Assembly: GCA_028692765.1 (NCBI GenBank)
Contig: JAQUWT010000005.1
Location: forward strand, 1 to 60,956
From: Patescibacteria group bacterium
Lineage (GTDB): Bacteria > Patescibacteriota > Patescibacteriia > Patescibacteriales > UBA12465
Length of the DNA stretch: 60,956 bases
Reading direction: 5' to 3'
Part shown: one piece after another, positions 19,609-29,349 of the stretch
How positions within the stretch are numbered: the first letter of the stretch is position 1
How the letters are laid out: every line of letters begins with the position of its first letter
Position numbers and translations under genes: made by a program
Notes under the pieces: model-generated
The model's database searches: none
What the model was told of the DNA's origin: nothing
The model's input: only the letters and a program-made list of their open reading frames with translations

Positions 19609-20367
19609 TTATTTATTCTCATTATTCATCTTCTTGGCGAAGCCGTCGAAAGCCTTTAAAACTTCGAGAGGCGTCATGAAAACAATGGTATTGGATTGGT
19701 CGGAAGAAATATCGTTGATTGACTGCAAGGTGCGCAAATGCAGAGCCCCCGGAGTTTCGGCCAAAGTCTTGGCGGCGGCGGCAATGTTGGCGGCGGCGGC
19801 CAATTCTCCTTCGGAATTAATGATAACCGCTCTCTTTTCTCTCTCTGCCTCCGCTTGTTTAGCGATAGTCCTCTCCATCGATTCCGGCAAAGACACGTCT
19901 TTTAACTCGACATTATTAACCTTAATCCCCCATTCATCAGTCTCGGCGTCGACAATTTCCCGAATGCGATCGGCAATCTTCTCGCGTTGTCCTAATAATT
20001 CATCCAGAGTCGCTTCGCCGACGATGTTGCGCATCGTTGTCTGGGCATATTGAGAAATCGCATATTTAAAATTTTCCACCTCGATAATCGCCTTCTCGGC
20101 CGCCGCTACTTTATAATAAATAACGGCATTGACGGTCACCGGTACATTATCGCGGGTAATCGCTTTCTGATCGGGTACGTCCACCGCCTTCACGCGGATA
20201 TCGACTTTATGGAAAGTCTGGAAAACCGGAATTAATAAGCGCCAACCAGGCTGCATGACGTAGGAATAGCGGCCCATGGTAAAGACAACACCGCGTTCGT
20301 ATTGATTAACCTGCTTTAAAAAAGCCAGCAAGAGAACGCCGATAACAATGATTAGATAAATCCACAT
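19609..20367 (-). CDS. SPFH/band-7 (stomatin/prohibitin-like) membrane protein
   Basis: N-terminal TM segment, YERGVVFTMGRY and an SPFH core, then an Ala/Glu-rich coiled coil (AKQAEAEREKRA). Confidence 0.85.
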   Translation of the reverse strand: MWIYLIIVIGVLLLAFLKQVNQYERGVVFTMGRYSYVMQPGWRLLIPVFQTFHKVDIRVKAVDVPDQKAITRDNVPVTVNAVIYYKVAAAEKAIIEVENFKYAISQYAQTTMRNIVGEATLDELLGQREKIADRIREIVDAETDEWGIKVNNVELKDVSLPESMERTIAKQAEAEREKRAVIINSEGELAAAANIAAAAKTLAETPGALHLRTLQSINDISSDQSNTIVFMTPLEVLKAFDGFAKKMNNENK

Positions 20368-20420
20368 ATAATTAGTTAAGCCTAGCGCTAAAAGCGCGTC
20401 CGCTTATAATAAATAAAGCT

Positions 20421-20978
20421 CTAGAATTTTACCGCCACCGTTTCTTTTTCCGCTTCTGCCGCTTCGAAGAAATTATAAGCCTTGAAGCCTAATTGCTTGG
20501 CGAAAATATTGGTCGGAAAAACCTGCAATTTCGTATTGAAATCGCGGACATTAGTATTATAGAAGCGACGGGAAGCCATAATCTTGTCCTCGGTGTCGGT
20601 TAAATCACGTTGTAATTCCAAGAAATTCTGGTTAGCTTTTAAATCAGGATAGCTTTCTGCTAAAGCAAAAATGGATTTTAAAGTTGAAGACAAAGCATTT
20701 TCCGCCTCAAGCACCGCTTTGGGGTCGCGGCTATCTTGCGCCTGCATGGCGGCATTCCTGGCTTTAATCACATTTTCCAAAGTTCCCTGCTCATGAGCGG
20801 CATAGCCTTTAACCGTTTCCACCAAATTAGGAATTAAATCGTGGCGGCGTTTTAATTGAACGTCGATATCGCTCCAAGCTTCATCCACCCGATTTTTTGA
20901 GCGAATCAAGCCGTTATACATCGCTATCAATATTAAAGCGAGCAAAACGACAATACCTAAGATAATCCAAGTAGTCAT
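20421..20978 (-). CDS. lemA: LemA-family membrane protein
   Basis: N-terminal TM segment with YNGLIRSKNRVDEAWSDIDVQLKRRHDLIPNLV and a FYNTNVRDFN motif. Confidence 0.9.
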   Translation of the reverse strand: MTTWIILGIVVLLALILIAMYNGLIRSKNRVDEAWSDIDVQLKRRHDLIPNLVETVKGYAAHEQGTLENVIKARNAAMQAQDSRDPKAVLEAENALSSTLKSIFALAESYPDLKANQNFLELQRDLTDTEDKIMASRRFYNTNVRDFNTKLQVFPTNIFAKQLGFKAYNFFEAAEAEKETVAVKF

Positions 20979-21074
20979 AAAAAGGAAGCGGATAAAAAGG
21001 AAAAGTCCTTTTTATCGGCAAATTAATGAATTAGCTTGATAATTATAGCAAAATTATGCGATTTTGTCCAAAAC

Positions 21075-23990
21075 CTAAAGTTTAATAATCTGAATAGAAA
21101 TCTCTACCTGCTCTAAATTTAGAGTCTTCTCGGCCGTCGGATTGCCCCGCTTTCCCTGTTCAAGGCTGGCGGCAATGGTGGCCTTTTTCAACTCTTCGCT
21201 CCAGCCGGCCAGCCAAGAGAATGTTTCCTCACTGCCCTCAATCCGAATTTCTATCTTATCATTAATGGTAAGGCCGGCTTCTTTACGCAGAGCATTAATC
21301 GTCCTAATCAATTCCCTCTTATTGCCCTCCAATTGCAACTCCGGAGTAATGGCCGTATCTAAAAGCACCTGCAACTTATCTTCTCCGCCGGACCAAATCA
21401 CTTTTTGAACATTAAGCTCTTCGGCAATCAAATCAAGATAATCTTGATTAAGGGCGCCGCCGCCGCTCACTTTCAATTCGGCCAACATCTGCCTGATTTT
21501 AATGCCGGCCGCATCGCGGGCGGCTAAACCATGCTCCACCGCCTGCCGCGCCAAAGACATCGCTTCTAACACGGCGCTTTCGCTTTGGCTTAAATTTCCT
21601 AAATCCGGCCAAGACTCCAAATGCACCGATTCTCCTCTATTTTGGAAACTATTGCCGGAAACTTCCTGCCAGAGGCGCTCCGCCACAAAAGGCAGGAAAG
21701 GCGCCATAATCTTGGCTAATTCCAATAAGACAAAGCGCGTCATCGCCAAAGCCGCCTGTTTGTCCTTTTCGTCCTCGCTCTTAAAGCGGTCACGGCTGCG
21801 GCGCAAGTACCAGGTGGAAAGTTCATCGATAAATTCCGTAATCGGCCGCATCGCTTTAGGGAGATTATAGGCTTCCATAGCGGCCGTCACTTCAATATTT
21901 AAAACTTTCAATTTCGCCAAAATCCAAGTATCAAGAATATTATCCGCCGCCACTTCTCGGCCGTCATATTCACCGGCATAAGCTTCATAGAAGCGATAGA
22001 CATTCCACAGCGTCATCACGTTCTTGCGCAAAGATTCTTGGACGCCTTTTTCCGAAAAATTCAAATTCTCCGCCTGCATTACCGGCGAAGACAGAAGATA
22101 GGCGCGCAGAGCGTCGGCGCCGTATTTTTCCATTATCAAAGAAGGGTCGGGATAATTCTTAAGCTTCTTCGACATTTTCTTCCCATCCTCGGCCAGAGCA
22201 ATACCGTTGACAATCACGTTTTGGAAGGCATGGCTGTCTCTGATGCCGCCGGCGATAACGTGCAGATAATAGAACCACGCTCTGGTTTGATCGGCGCCTT
22301 CGGCGATAAACTGAGCGGGAAAATTCTTCTCCAATTTCTCTTGATTATCAAAAGGATAATGCAATTGAGCATAAGGCATGGAGCCGGATTCAAACCAGCA
22401 ATCAATCACATCGGGAATGCGCTTCATTTCCGCTCCGCATTCCGGGCAGGCAAAGGTCAAAGAATCAACCTTGTCCTTATGGATGTCATCGATATGCTGG
22501 CCGGTTTTTTCTGCCAATTCTTTCACTGAAGAAACGACGTGGCGATGGCCGGCCGGACACTCCCAAATCGGAATAGCGCTCGCCCAAAAACGCTGGCGGG
22601 AAATCGACCAATCACGGGCTCCTTCCAGCCAATTACCAAAACGACCGTTCTTGATATAATCCGGCGACCAATTAATAGCCTTGGCCGTTTCCAATAACTT
22701 ATCCTTAATCTTGGTCACGCCCACAAACCAAGAGGAGGTGGCATAATTGATTAAAGGCGTGTCGCAGCGCCAGCAATGCGGATAGCTGTGCTCATATTTT
22801 TCTTTACTGAAAAGAAGATTGTGCGCCGCCAAATATTTAATGATTTCCACATCGGTCGCCATGTGGTTCTCGAGAGGCTTAACGTGCAGACCGGAAAAAT
22901 CTTTAACTTCCGCCTTGAACATGCCGTCTAAACCGACGTGCTGGATAAAAGGCAAAGACTCCCGCTTGCCTAAATTCATATCGTCCTCGCCGAAAGCGGG
23001 AGCGATATGGACCACGCCGGTACCGTCTTCCGTGGTCACGAAATCGGCCGCATAAATCTTCCAGCCATTATCTCGATTTTCTAAATTCTTATCTTCGGAG
23101 TAATAATTAAAGAGAGGTTTGTAGGATTGGCCGAGAAGATTTGAGCCCTGAAAAGAATCTAGAGTTTCATATTCTTTATCTTTAAATATATCCTCCAAGC
23201 GCGCCTTGGCTAAAATATAATTAAAGCCATCAAACTTAACTTTCACATACTCAATCTCCTTCCCTACCGCCAAAGCCACGTTGCCGATTAAAGTCCAAGG
23301 AGTGGTCGTCCAAGCGAGAACATATGTTCCCGGCTCATCGACTAATTCAAATTTGGCAATCGCCGATAAATCTTTAATATCCTTATAACCTTCCGTCACT
23401 TCCGATTGTGATAAAGTCGTCTCACAGCGCGGACAGATATGCATGGAACGATAATCTTTATAAATCAAGCCCTTATCCCAAAGCTGTTTGAAGGTCCACC
23501 AGATACTTTCCATGTACTCCAAATCCATGGTCTTATAGGCATTGTCAAAATCAACCCAGCGGCCGAGGCGGGTAATCACCTTCTCCCATTCTTCAGCATA
23601 GGTCAAAACTTTGGAGCGGCACAAATCATTGAATTTACCCACGCCCAATTCTTCGATATCCTTTTTGCTTTTGGTGCCCAATTCCTTTTCCACGATATTT
23701 TCAATCGGCAAGCCGTGGCAATCCCAGCCCCATTTGCGCTCGACGTGATAGCCGCGCATTGTTTGATAGCGCGGAACAGCATCTTTCATTAAGCTGGCGA
23801 CCAAATGACCGTAATGCGGGGTGCCGGTAGCAAAGGGCGGACCGTCATAAAAGACATAATCGCCTTTGGGGGAATCTTTGACTAAAGATTTATCAAAGAT
23901 GCCGGCTTCTTTCCAAAAAGATAGCACGGACTCCTCTGCTTCCGGAAAACTTATATTAGCCGCTTGATTATTATTCTGTTCGTTAGACAT
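21075..23990 (-). CDS. ileS: Isoleucyl-tRNA synthetase
   Basis: PFATGTPHYGHL (HIGH) and KMSKKLKN (KMSKS) motifs plus a CP1 editing domain; 971 aa. Confidence 0.95.
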   Translation of the reverse strand: MSNEQNNNQAANISFPEAEESVLSFWKEAGIFDKSLVKDSPKGDYVFYDGPPFATGTPHYGHLVASLMKDAVPRYQTMRGYHVERKWGWDCHGLPIENIVEKELGTKSKKDIEELGVGKFNDLCRSKVLTYAEEWEKVITRLGRWVDFDNAYKTMDLEYMESIWWTFKQLWDKGLIYKDYRSMHICPRCETTLSQSEVTEGYKDIKDLSAIAKFELVDEPGTYVLAWTTTPWTLIGNVALAVGKEIEYVKVKFDGFNYILAKARLEDIFKDKEYETLDSFQGSNLLGQSYKPLFNYYSEDKNLENRDNGWKIYAADFVTTEDGTGVVHIAPAFGEDDMNLGKRESLPFIQHVGLDGMFKAEVKDFSGLHVKPLENHMATDVEIIKYLAAHNLLFSKEKYEHSYPHCWRCDTPLINYATSSWFVGVTKIKDKLLETAKAINWSPDYIKNGRFGNWLEGARDWSISRQRFWASAIPIWECPAGHRHVVSSVKELAEKTGQHIDDIHKDKVDSLTFACPECGAEMKRIPDVIDCWFESGSMPYAQLHYPFDNQEKLEKNFPAQFIAEGADQTRAWFYYLHVIAGGIRDSHAFQNVIVNGIALAEDGKKMSKKLKNYPDPSLIMEKYGADALRAYLLSSPVMQAENLNFSEKGVQESLRKNVMTLWNVYRFYEAYAGEYDGREVAADNILDTWILAKLKVLNIEVTAAMEAYNLPKAMRPITEFIDELSTWYLRRSRDRFKSEDEKDKQAALAMTRFVLLELAKIMAPFLPFVAERLWQEVSGNSFQNRGESVHLESWPDLGNLSQSESAVLEAMSLARQAVEHGLAARDAAGIKIRQMLAELKVSGGGALNQDYLDLIAEELNVQKVIWSGGEDKLQVLLDTAITPELQLEGNKRELIRTINALRKEAGLTINDKIEIRIEGSEETFSWLAGWSEELKKATIAASLEQGKRGNPTAEKTLNLEQVEISIQIIKL

Positions 23991-24020
23991 AAGCTTGATT
24001 AAAATAAATAAACTAAATAT

Positions 24021-24680
24021 TTATTCTTTCCGCCACTTGCGGCTGTAAGGATAAATATCTTCATAAGGACGACTAACACCGTCATCGCTACCCGCATCAG
24101 TCTCCTGATGTTTAGAGACAAAAGGTTTTTTGCTACCGACCTTATGTTTTTCTGGTTTATTCTTCTTAGGGTTGCTAAGAGACTTGAAATGTAAATTATT
24201 TCTTTCTTTTTTAATAGCGTCCAAATAAGCCAAATACAGCGAGGCAGAAGCTCTAAATTCCGGTTCATCAGCCAAATGGGGATTAACTATTTTCCAATAA
24301 ATTTTTTGCTTTGCTGGGCCGGGCATAGCCGCTTCATACTCGGCGCGAAATGCGCTCATCCGCTTATCATAGGCCATAATTTCCGGAAGAAAATCCTGAA
24401 AATCAGATAAAGATAAATCCGGACGCCTTAGAAAATTCCTAATTTTTTCTTCTCTAGTCGGAGCACCCTCAATATTATTAGGAACGCTCAGAATTTCCTT
24501 TAAAGCCCCTTCGCTCTTAATAGGCTCTTCCGGCACCTCATCTTCACCTACCTTGTCTGGTTCCACTTCCGCCTCTTCCTTATTTTCCAGATAATTATAA
24601 GAGTGATTTTCTGTCTGAATCTCATCACGCTCGTTGGCGTGATCAAAAATATGTAAAAAATTTAATTGTTTTTCCGGCAT
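24021..24680 (-). CDS. Hypothetical protein with an acidic N-terminus and a basic C-terminus
   Basis: 219 aa ORF in the AT-rich islet. I recognise no motif. Confidence 0.5.
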   Translation of the reverse strand: MPEKQLNFLHIFDHANERDEIQTENHSYNYLENKEEAEVEPDKVGEDEVPEEPIKSEGALKEILSVPNNIEGAPTREEKIRNFLRRPDLSLSDFQDFLPEIMAYDKRMSAFRAEYEAAMPGPAKQKIYWKIVNPHLADEPEFRASASLYLAYLDAIKKERNNLHFKSLSNPKKNKPEKHKVGSKKPFVSKHQETDAGSDDGVSRPYEDIYPYSRKWRKE

Positions 24681-24707
24681 ATTTTGAGTGAATTTAATAT
24701 TTTATAA

Positions 24708-25349
24708 TTACACCTCTTTGGTTATCTGGCCGGCAATATCAAAAATAATCTCATTAGCTTCATCAACATTGATTTTCTCACCGACTTTATTAGCTTCTAT
24801 CTTTGAAAAAAAGTCAGAAATGTTAATTGATTTTAATTTATTATAAATAATATTGGCATTATCTTCAGGCTTAAGCGTATTATAAATAATGATATTATTT
24901 TTATTAAAATCATTATACAATTCCAAAAAAGAATTAAAGTCTGGAAGCATACCTTTCTGTTTATAAATCTTAAATTCCGATTCTAATCTTTCTAAAATAT
25001 CTGGTCGATATTTTTGCAACCTATCCCATCCCCGGACAAAAGCGTCTTTTTCTCTGACTATATTCTCTGCCGCCTCATCTGTCTGCTTATTAATATCAAG
25101 ATTAAAATCTTCCTGGCGTAGATGGCCTAATTCGTGAATAATAACATTCCAAGAATAAAAAATATCTCCATCTGGATACCTAACTTGAAAATTATGTCCA
25201 TCTTCAAGTGTGCGACCGGAACCCTGACACTCTAACGGCCATCCGAGAGATCTTAATTTCGGAGAAATTTTTTTTGGCAATTCAGATAAAGGTATAATAT
25301 TTTCTCTTTTAATTTTAAATTTTTCTTGTCTAATGGCCTCAAAATTCAT
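24708..25349 (-). CDS. Putative zinc metallopeptidase (HExxH, ImmA/IrrE-like)
   Basis: NVIIHELGHLRQ is the only recognisable motif; 213 aa; AT-rich. Confidence 0.45.
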   Translation of the reverse strand: MNFEAIRQEKFKIKRENIIPLSELPKKISPKLRSLGWPLECQGSGRTLEDGHNFQVRYPDGDIFYSWNVIIHELGHLRQEDFNLDINKQTDEAAENIVREKDAFVRGWDRLQKYRPDILERLESEFKIYKQKGMLPDFNSFLELYNDFNKNNIIIYNTLKPEDNANIIYNKLKSINISDFFSKIEANKVGEKINVDEANEIIFDIAGQITKEV

Positions 25350-25377
25350 ATTCTTTTATATTAACAAATCAGATTAA

Positions 25378-25737
25378 CTAGTAAGAACCAAGAACGCAAA
25401 CGATTAAATTAAATATTGGTGACTTCTTAAAAGGCTCGGCCTTAGGCGAGGAAATAGATTGAATAATTCGCAAAATTCCTTCCGTATTAGCACAATCAGT
25501 CGCATATTTCTTACCATCAATAGATGCTAATTTCAGTTGTCCCCAATTTGGGGACGACTGAAAATCTGGAAATTCTCTTGTTTTTACTTTCTCCCAATAC
25601 TGACGAGGACTTGGACTTTCACTTAATACTTCACAGACATCAACAACTGAAAACCACCATTCTTTTTTGTAAATGATTTTTCTAACCTTCTTTCCCTGAA
25701 ATAAACTAATGTGATGTTTGTTAACTTGTTTTTTCAT
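25378..25737 (-). CDS. Bro-N domain protein (phage antirepressor-type DNA-binding domain)
   Basis: SLFQGKKVRKIIYKKEWWFSVVDVCEVL matches the Bro-N core pattern (F..vR....e.WF...DVc..L); 119 aa. Confidence 0.55.
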   Translation of the reverse strand: MKKQVNKHHISLFQGKKVRKIIYKKEWWFSVVDVCEVLSESPSPRQYWEKVKTREFPDFQSSPNWGQLKLASIDGKKYATDCANTEGILRIIQSISSPKAEPFKKSPIFNLIVCVLGSY

Positions 25738-25804
25738 AGTTTTAATGATTAGTTAATAATACTAACCATTATAACGAAAACGTAATGAAGAAAACTTAAA
25801 ATTT

Positions 25805-26434
25805 TTATAAAATAACTTCCTCGCTATCACCAAAAAAACTTATTTTATTTTCTTCCAGCAAAAAACACTGGTCATCCTTTAAAACTTTTAAAGGCAAAGA
25901 CAAAGTTTTTGCCTTTTGCATAATTTCTATTTTTTTATCATCCGTAAAATGGCATTTTATTAAAAAAGGAAAGTAATTTAAGGCTCTGAAATCGGTGAGG
26001 CCGTGCCTATCCCTGTCTTTCTTCCAGCCGCCAACCTCAATAGTCGGGCACATAATATACGAACCAGAACTGCAGCCGATATAATTTAATCCTTGTCCTA
26101 AAAGTTTGCCAAGAATCGCGTCAAACCCTGTTTCCCTAACACTTTTCAATAAATAAAATGGATTGCCGCCTGAAACCTGAATAACATTACGGTCGGCGAA
26201 AAAATTCATAATTTCCGCCTCAGTTTTTCCATTAATATCAAAATGCTGGAAATCAATATCGGAATCTTTCATTAATTCAAAATATTCTTCCATATACTTG
26301 AGATATTCCTCATCCTTAACAGCCTTAAGAGCCGTATCGATAAACCCGATTCTTAAATTCTTTCTTTCTATATCAAGTAAACTATAACCTTTATCTAATA
26401 GAAATTTTTCCTTAGAAGCTAATATTATTTTCAT
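25805..26434 (-). CDS. Peptidase E / S51-family (class I glutamine-amidotransferase-like fold) protein
   Basis: IQVSGGNPFYLL and YIGCSSGSYIM (nucleophile Ser region) motifs; 209 aa; begins 3 nt after the secA stop. Confidence 0.6.
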   Translation of the reverse strand: MKIILASKEKFLLDKGYSLLDIERKNLRIGFIDTALKAVKDEEYLKYMEEYFELMKDSDIDFQHFDINGKTEAEIMNFFADRNVIQVSGGNPFYLLKSVRETGFDAILGKLLGQGLNYIGCSSGSYIMCPTIEVGGWKKDRDRHGLTDFRALNYFPFLIKCHFTDDKKIEIMQKAKTLSLPLKVLKDDQCFLLEENKISFFGDSEEVIL

Positions 26435-26437
26435 ATA

Positions 26438-29179
26438 TTACTGCCCGCAGCATTTCTTATACTTCTTCCCACTGCCGCAAGGACAGGGGTCATTGCGGCC
26501 GACAGTCTTACCAGATTCATCCTTGGCTTTTTCCCTGACCAAGTCAAAATTATCTCGCTTGGCGCTTAATTTTTCCATCTCTTTGGCTGCACCTTCCAAT
26601 TTAAGATTCTTCGGCTGTTCGCTCTGCGATAAATTTAAGAGGGCCGCCGGCGCCATTTTTAAGGCGTCACCGGTACGATAAATGGAATAGACCAATTGCT
26701 GGCGGATAAGGTCGAGCAGTTCATGATAGAGGCGATAGGCTTCTTTTTTATATTCCACCAGCGGATCGCGCTGGCCATAGCCGCGCAAACCGATGCCGCG
26801 GCGCATATAATCCATGGTTTCCAAGTGATCGACCCACATCTGGTCGATTGAGCGCAAAAGCATGCCCTTGGCTACTTCCACAAAATCGATTCCGGCTTGG
26901 GTAAAATCGGAAACTAAGAGATTATAGGTATCGGCGGCTAATCCTTCCGCATAATCTAAAACCTTTTGGCGGCCGGCATCGCCGCCTTCTCCGGCCAGTT
27001 CTGTAAGCTTGTCTTCCTGCCCGGAAACATTGAGCATCGCCTGCAAGGTCTCCGCTATTTCCTTCAGATTCCAATCGCCGCTCTTATCGCCGGCAGTATG
27101 GAAGACCACCACTTTAGCGATTTCTTCCTTGACCTGTGCGTCTACAAGAGCATTAAGTCTAACTAAGGGAGAATCTTCGCCTTCTTTAGTTTCCGCCTCC
27201 GAGGCCTCCAATATTTCCCGGCGCCGGCGATAAATCGCTTCACGGTGCTTATTGATAACATCATCGTATTCGACTAGATGCTTGCGGAGATCAAAGTTAT
27301 TCCCTTCCACCTTCTTCTGGGCTGATTCCAATGATTTGGAAATCATGCCGTTTTCAATCGGCACATCCGGCGGCAATTTCAAAGTTTTCATCATCGCCTT
27401 CATCCGGTCGCCGCCAAAAATCCGCATCAAATCATCTTCAGTGGAAACGTAGAATTGAGAAGAACCGGGGTCACCTTGGCGACCGGCGCGTCCGCGCAGC
27501 TGATTATCAATACGGCGAGATTCGTGCCTCTCCGTGCCAATCACGTGCAAACCACCGAGCGCTTTCACTTTCTCCTGCTCCGCTTTTGCTTCGGCCACGG
27601 CCGATTCATCATTAGTGTCAGGATTACCGCCGAGAATAATATCAACGCCGCGGCCGGCCATATTAGTGGCCAAAGTGATGGCGCCGGAACGTCCCGCTTG
27701 AGCGATTATCTCCGCTTCTTTCTGATGATTTTTGGCATTTAACATTTGCGGACGCAAACCTTCGCGCTCCATCATGTTGGCTAAAAGCTCATTCTTTTCG
27801 ATAGAAATGGTACCGACCAGAACCGGCTGCCCTTTTTCATTACGCGCTTTAATTTCCCGGATAACGGCGGCAAACTTATCTTCTTCCGTGCGATAGATTA
27901 AATCGTTCAAATCCTTGCGGATATTGGGTTTATTAGTGGGAATGACCACGGTTTCAAGCTTGTATATCTTATAGAACTCTTCCGCTTCGGTTAAGGCCGT
28001 ACCGGTCATGCCGGAGAGCTTGTCATACATGCGGAAAAGATTTTGAAAAGTAATGGTAGCCATCGTCTGCGATTCTTTCTGCACTTTTACTCCTTCCTTC
28101 GCTTCAATTGCCTGGTGCAAGCCTTCGCTATAGCGCCTACCCTGCATCAAGCGCCCAGTGAATTCGTCAACGATAATAATTTCTCCGTCCTTAACCACAT
28201 AATCGCGGTCGCGCTTAAATAAAACCATCGCTTTTAAAGCCTGTTCCAGATGATGGACGTCCTTGACGCCGCCGGATACATAGATATTGCCGACGCCCAG
28301 CCACTCTTCAATCTTATTAATCCCGGCTTCGGTCAGAGTCGCCGCCTTCAGCTTCTCATCAATATTATAATCTTCATTTTCGGTTAAACGCTGCACCAGC
28401 TGAGAAAATTTCATGTATTTATCCGTCGACTCTTCCGCCGGCGCGCTGATAATGAGCGGGGTGCGAGCCTCATCGATTAGAATCGAATCGATTTCATCAA
28501 CGATGGCATAATGCAAGGAGCGCTGAACGGTCTGGCCTAGAGTATAGGCCATATTATCGCGCAAATAATCAAAACCGAATTCATTGTTGGTGCCGTAAGT
28601 GATATCGCAATAATAGGCATCCCGGCGAGAAATCGGCCGAAAGTGGCGCAAACGTTCATCATATTGGCTTTCATCGCTGTACTCAGGATCATACTTGAAA
28701 GCGGCATCATGGACGATGACACTGGTACTTAAACCAAGAGCGTGATAGAGCGGCGCCATCCAGCCGGCACCGACGCGAGCCAAATAATCGTTCACGGTAA
28801 TCAAATGTACGCCTTGGCCGCTTAAAGCATTAAGATATAAAGGCAGAGTTGCCACTAAGGTCTTACCTTCACCGGTTTTCATTTCCGCAATCTGGCCGCG
28901 ATGCAAAACCATGCCGCCGATTAACTGTACGTCGTAATGTCTCTGGCCCAAAATTCTTTTGGAAGCTTCGCGCATATTGGCGAAAGCTTCCGGCAAAATT
29001 TCATCTAGACTCAGACCTTGTTTGATTCTTTCCTTAAATTCCAGGCTTTTGGCCAAAAGTTCCTCATCGCTTAAAGCCTGGAAAGACGCTTCTAATCCAT
29101 TAATCTTTTCCACGGTTTTTCGCAATTCTTTGATAATTTTTTCATTCGGATCTCCGAAAATTTTGTTGAGCAAATCCAT
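26438..29179 (-). CDS. secA: Preprotein translocase ATPase SecA
   Basis: MKTGEGKTLVA Walker A, DEIDSILIDEARTPLIIS and the C-terminal zinc motif CPCGSGKKYKKCCG; 913 aa. Confidence 0.97.
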   Translation of the reverse strand: MDLLNKIFGDPNEKIIKELRKTVEKINGLEASFQALSDEELLAKSLEFKERIKQGLSLDEILPEAFANMREASKRILGQRHYDVQLIGGMVLHRGQIAEMKTGEGKTLVATLPLYLNALSGQGVHLITVNDYLARVGAGWMAPLYHALGLSTSVIVHDAAFKYDPEYSDESQYDERLRHFRPISRRDAYYCDITYGTNNEFGFDYLRDNMAYTLGQTVQRSLHYAIVDEIDSILIDEARTPLIISAPAEESTDKYMKFSQLVQRLTENEDYNIDEKLKAATLTEAGINKIEEWLGVGNIYVSGGVKDVHHLEQALKAMVLFKRDRDYVVKDGEIIIVDEFTGRLMQGRRYSEGLHQAIEAKEGVKVQKESQTMATITFQNLFRMYDKLSGMTGTALTEAEEFYKIYKLETVVIPTNKPNIRKDLNDLIYRTEEDKFAAVIREIKARNEKGQPVLVGTISIEKNELLANMMEREGLRPQMLNAKNHQKEAEIIAQAGRSGAITLATNMAGRGVDIILGGNPDTNDESAVAEAKAEQEKVKALGGLHVIGTERHESRRIDNQLRGRAGRQGDPGSSQFYVSTEDDLMRIFGGDRMKAMMKTLKLPPDVPIENGMISKSLESAQKKVEGNNFDLRKHLVEYDDVINKHREAIYRRRREILEASEAETKEGEDSPLVRLNALVDAQVKEEIAKVVVFHTAGDKSGDWNLKEIAETLQAMLNVSGQEDKLTELAGEGGDAGRQKVLDYAEGLAADTYNLLVSDFTQAGIDFVEVAKGMLLRSIDQMWVDHLETMDYMRRGIGLRGYGQRDPLVEYKKEAYRLYHELLDLIRQQLVYSIYRTGDALKMAPAALLNLSQSEQPKNLKLEGAAKEMEKLSAKRDNFDLVREKAKDESGKTVGRNDPCPCGSGKKYKKCCGQ

Positions 29180-29302
29180 ATATTTATATTAAGCGCTACA
29201 ATGACAAAAATTACGCCAAAAGCGCTGTTTTCAGTATAATATGCTTTGCGTATTTAATAAATATTGACTTATACATAATAACGTGTCAAAAAGCCAAAAG
29301 TA

Positions 29303-29335
29303 AAAGCCCGCTATCGTCATTGATGGCGGGCTTTC
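29303..29335 (-). terminator. Rho-independent terminator after the nrd operon
   Basis: AAAGCCCGC..GCGGGCTTT hairpin, followed on the minus strand by TTACTTTTGG. Confidence 0.6.
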
Positions 29336-29349
29336 CCCTAATTTTTTTA

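Noticed and set aside
23991-24020. T-box or other leader upstream of ileS, and likewise upstream of proS at 17008-17027
   Set aside because: The spacers are only 20-30 nt, which is far too short for a T-box or riboswitch.
23999-24268. 89-aa ORF overlapping the 3' part of the 219-aa islet gene
   Set aside because: It is shorter, lies in an alternative frame of the longer ORF, and is Lys/Leu-rich as expected from AT-rich out-of-frame sequence.
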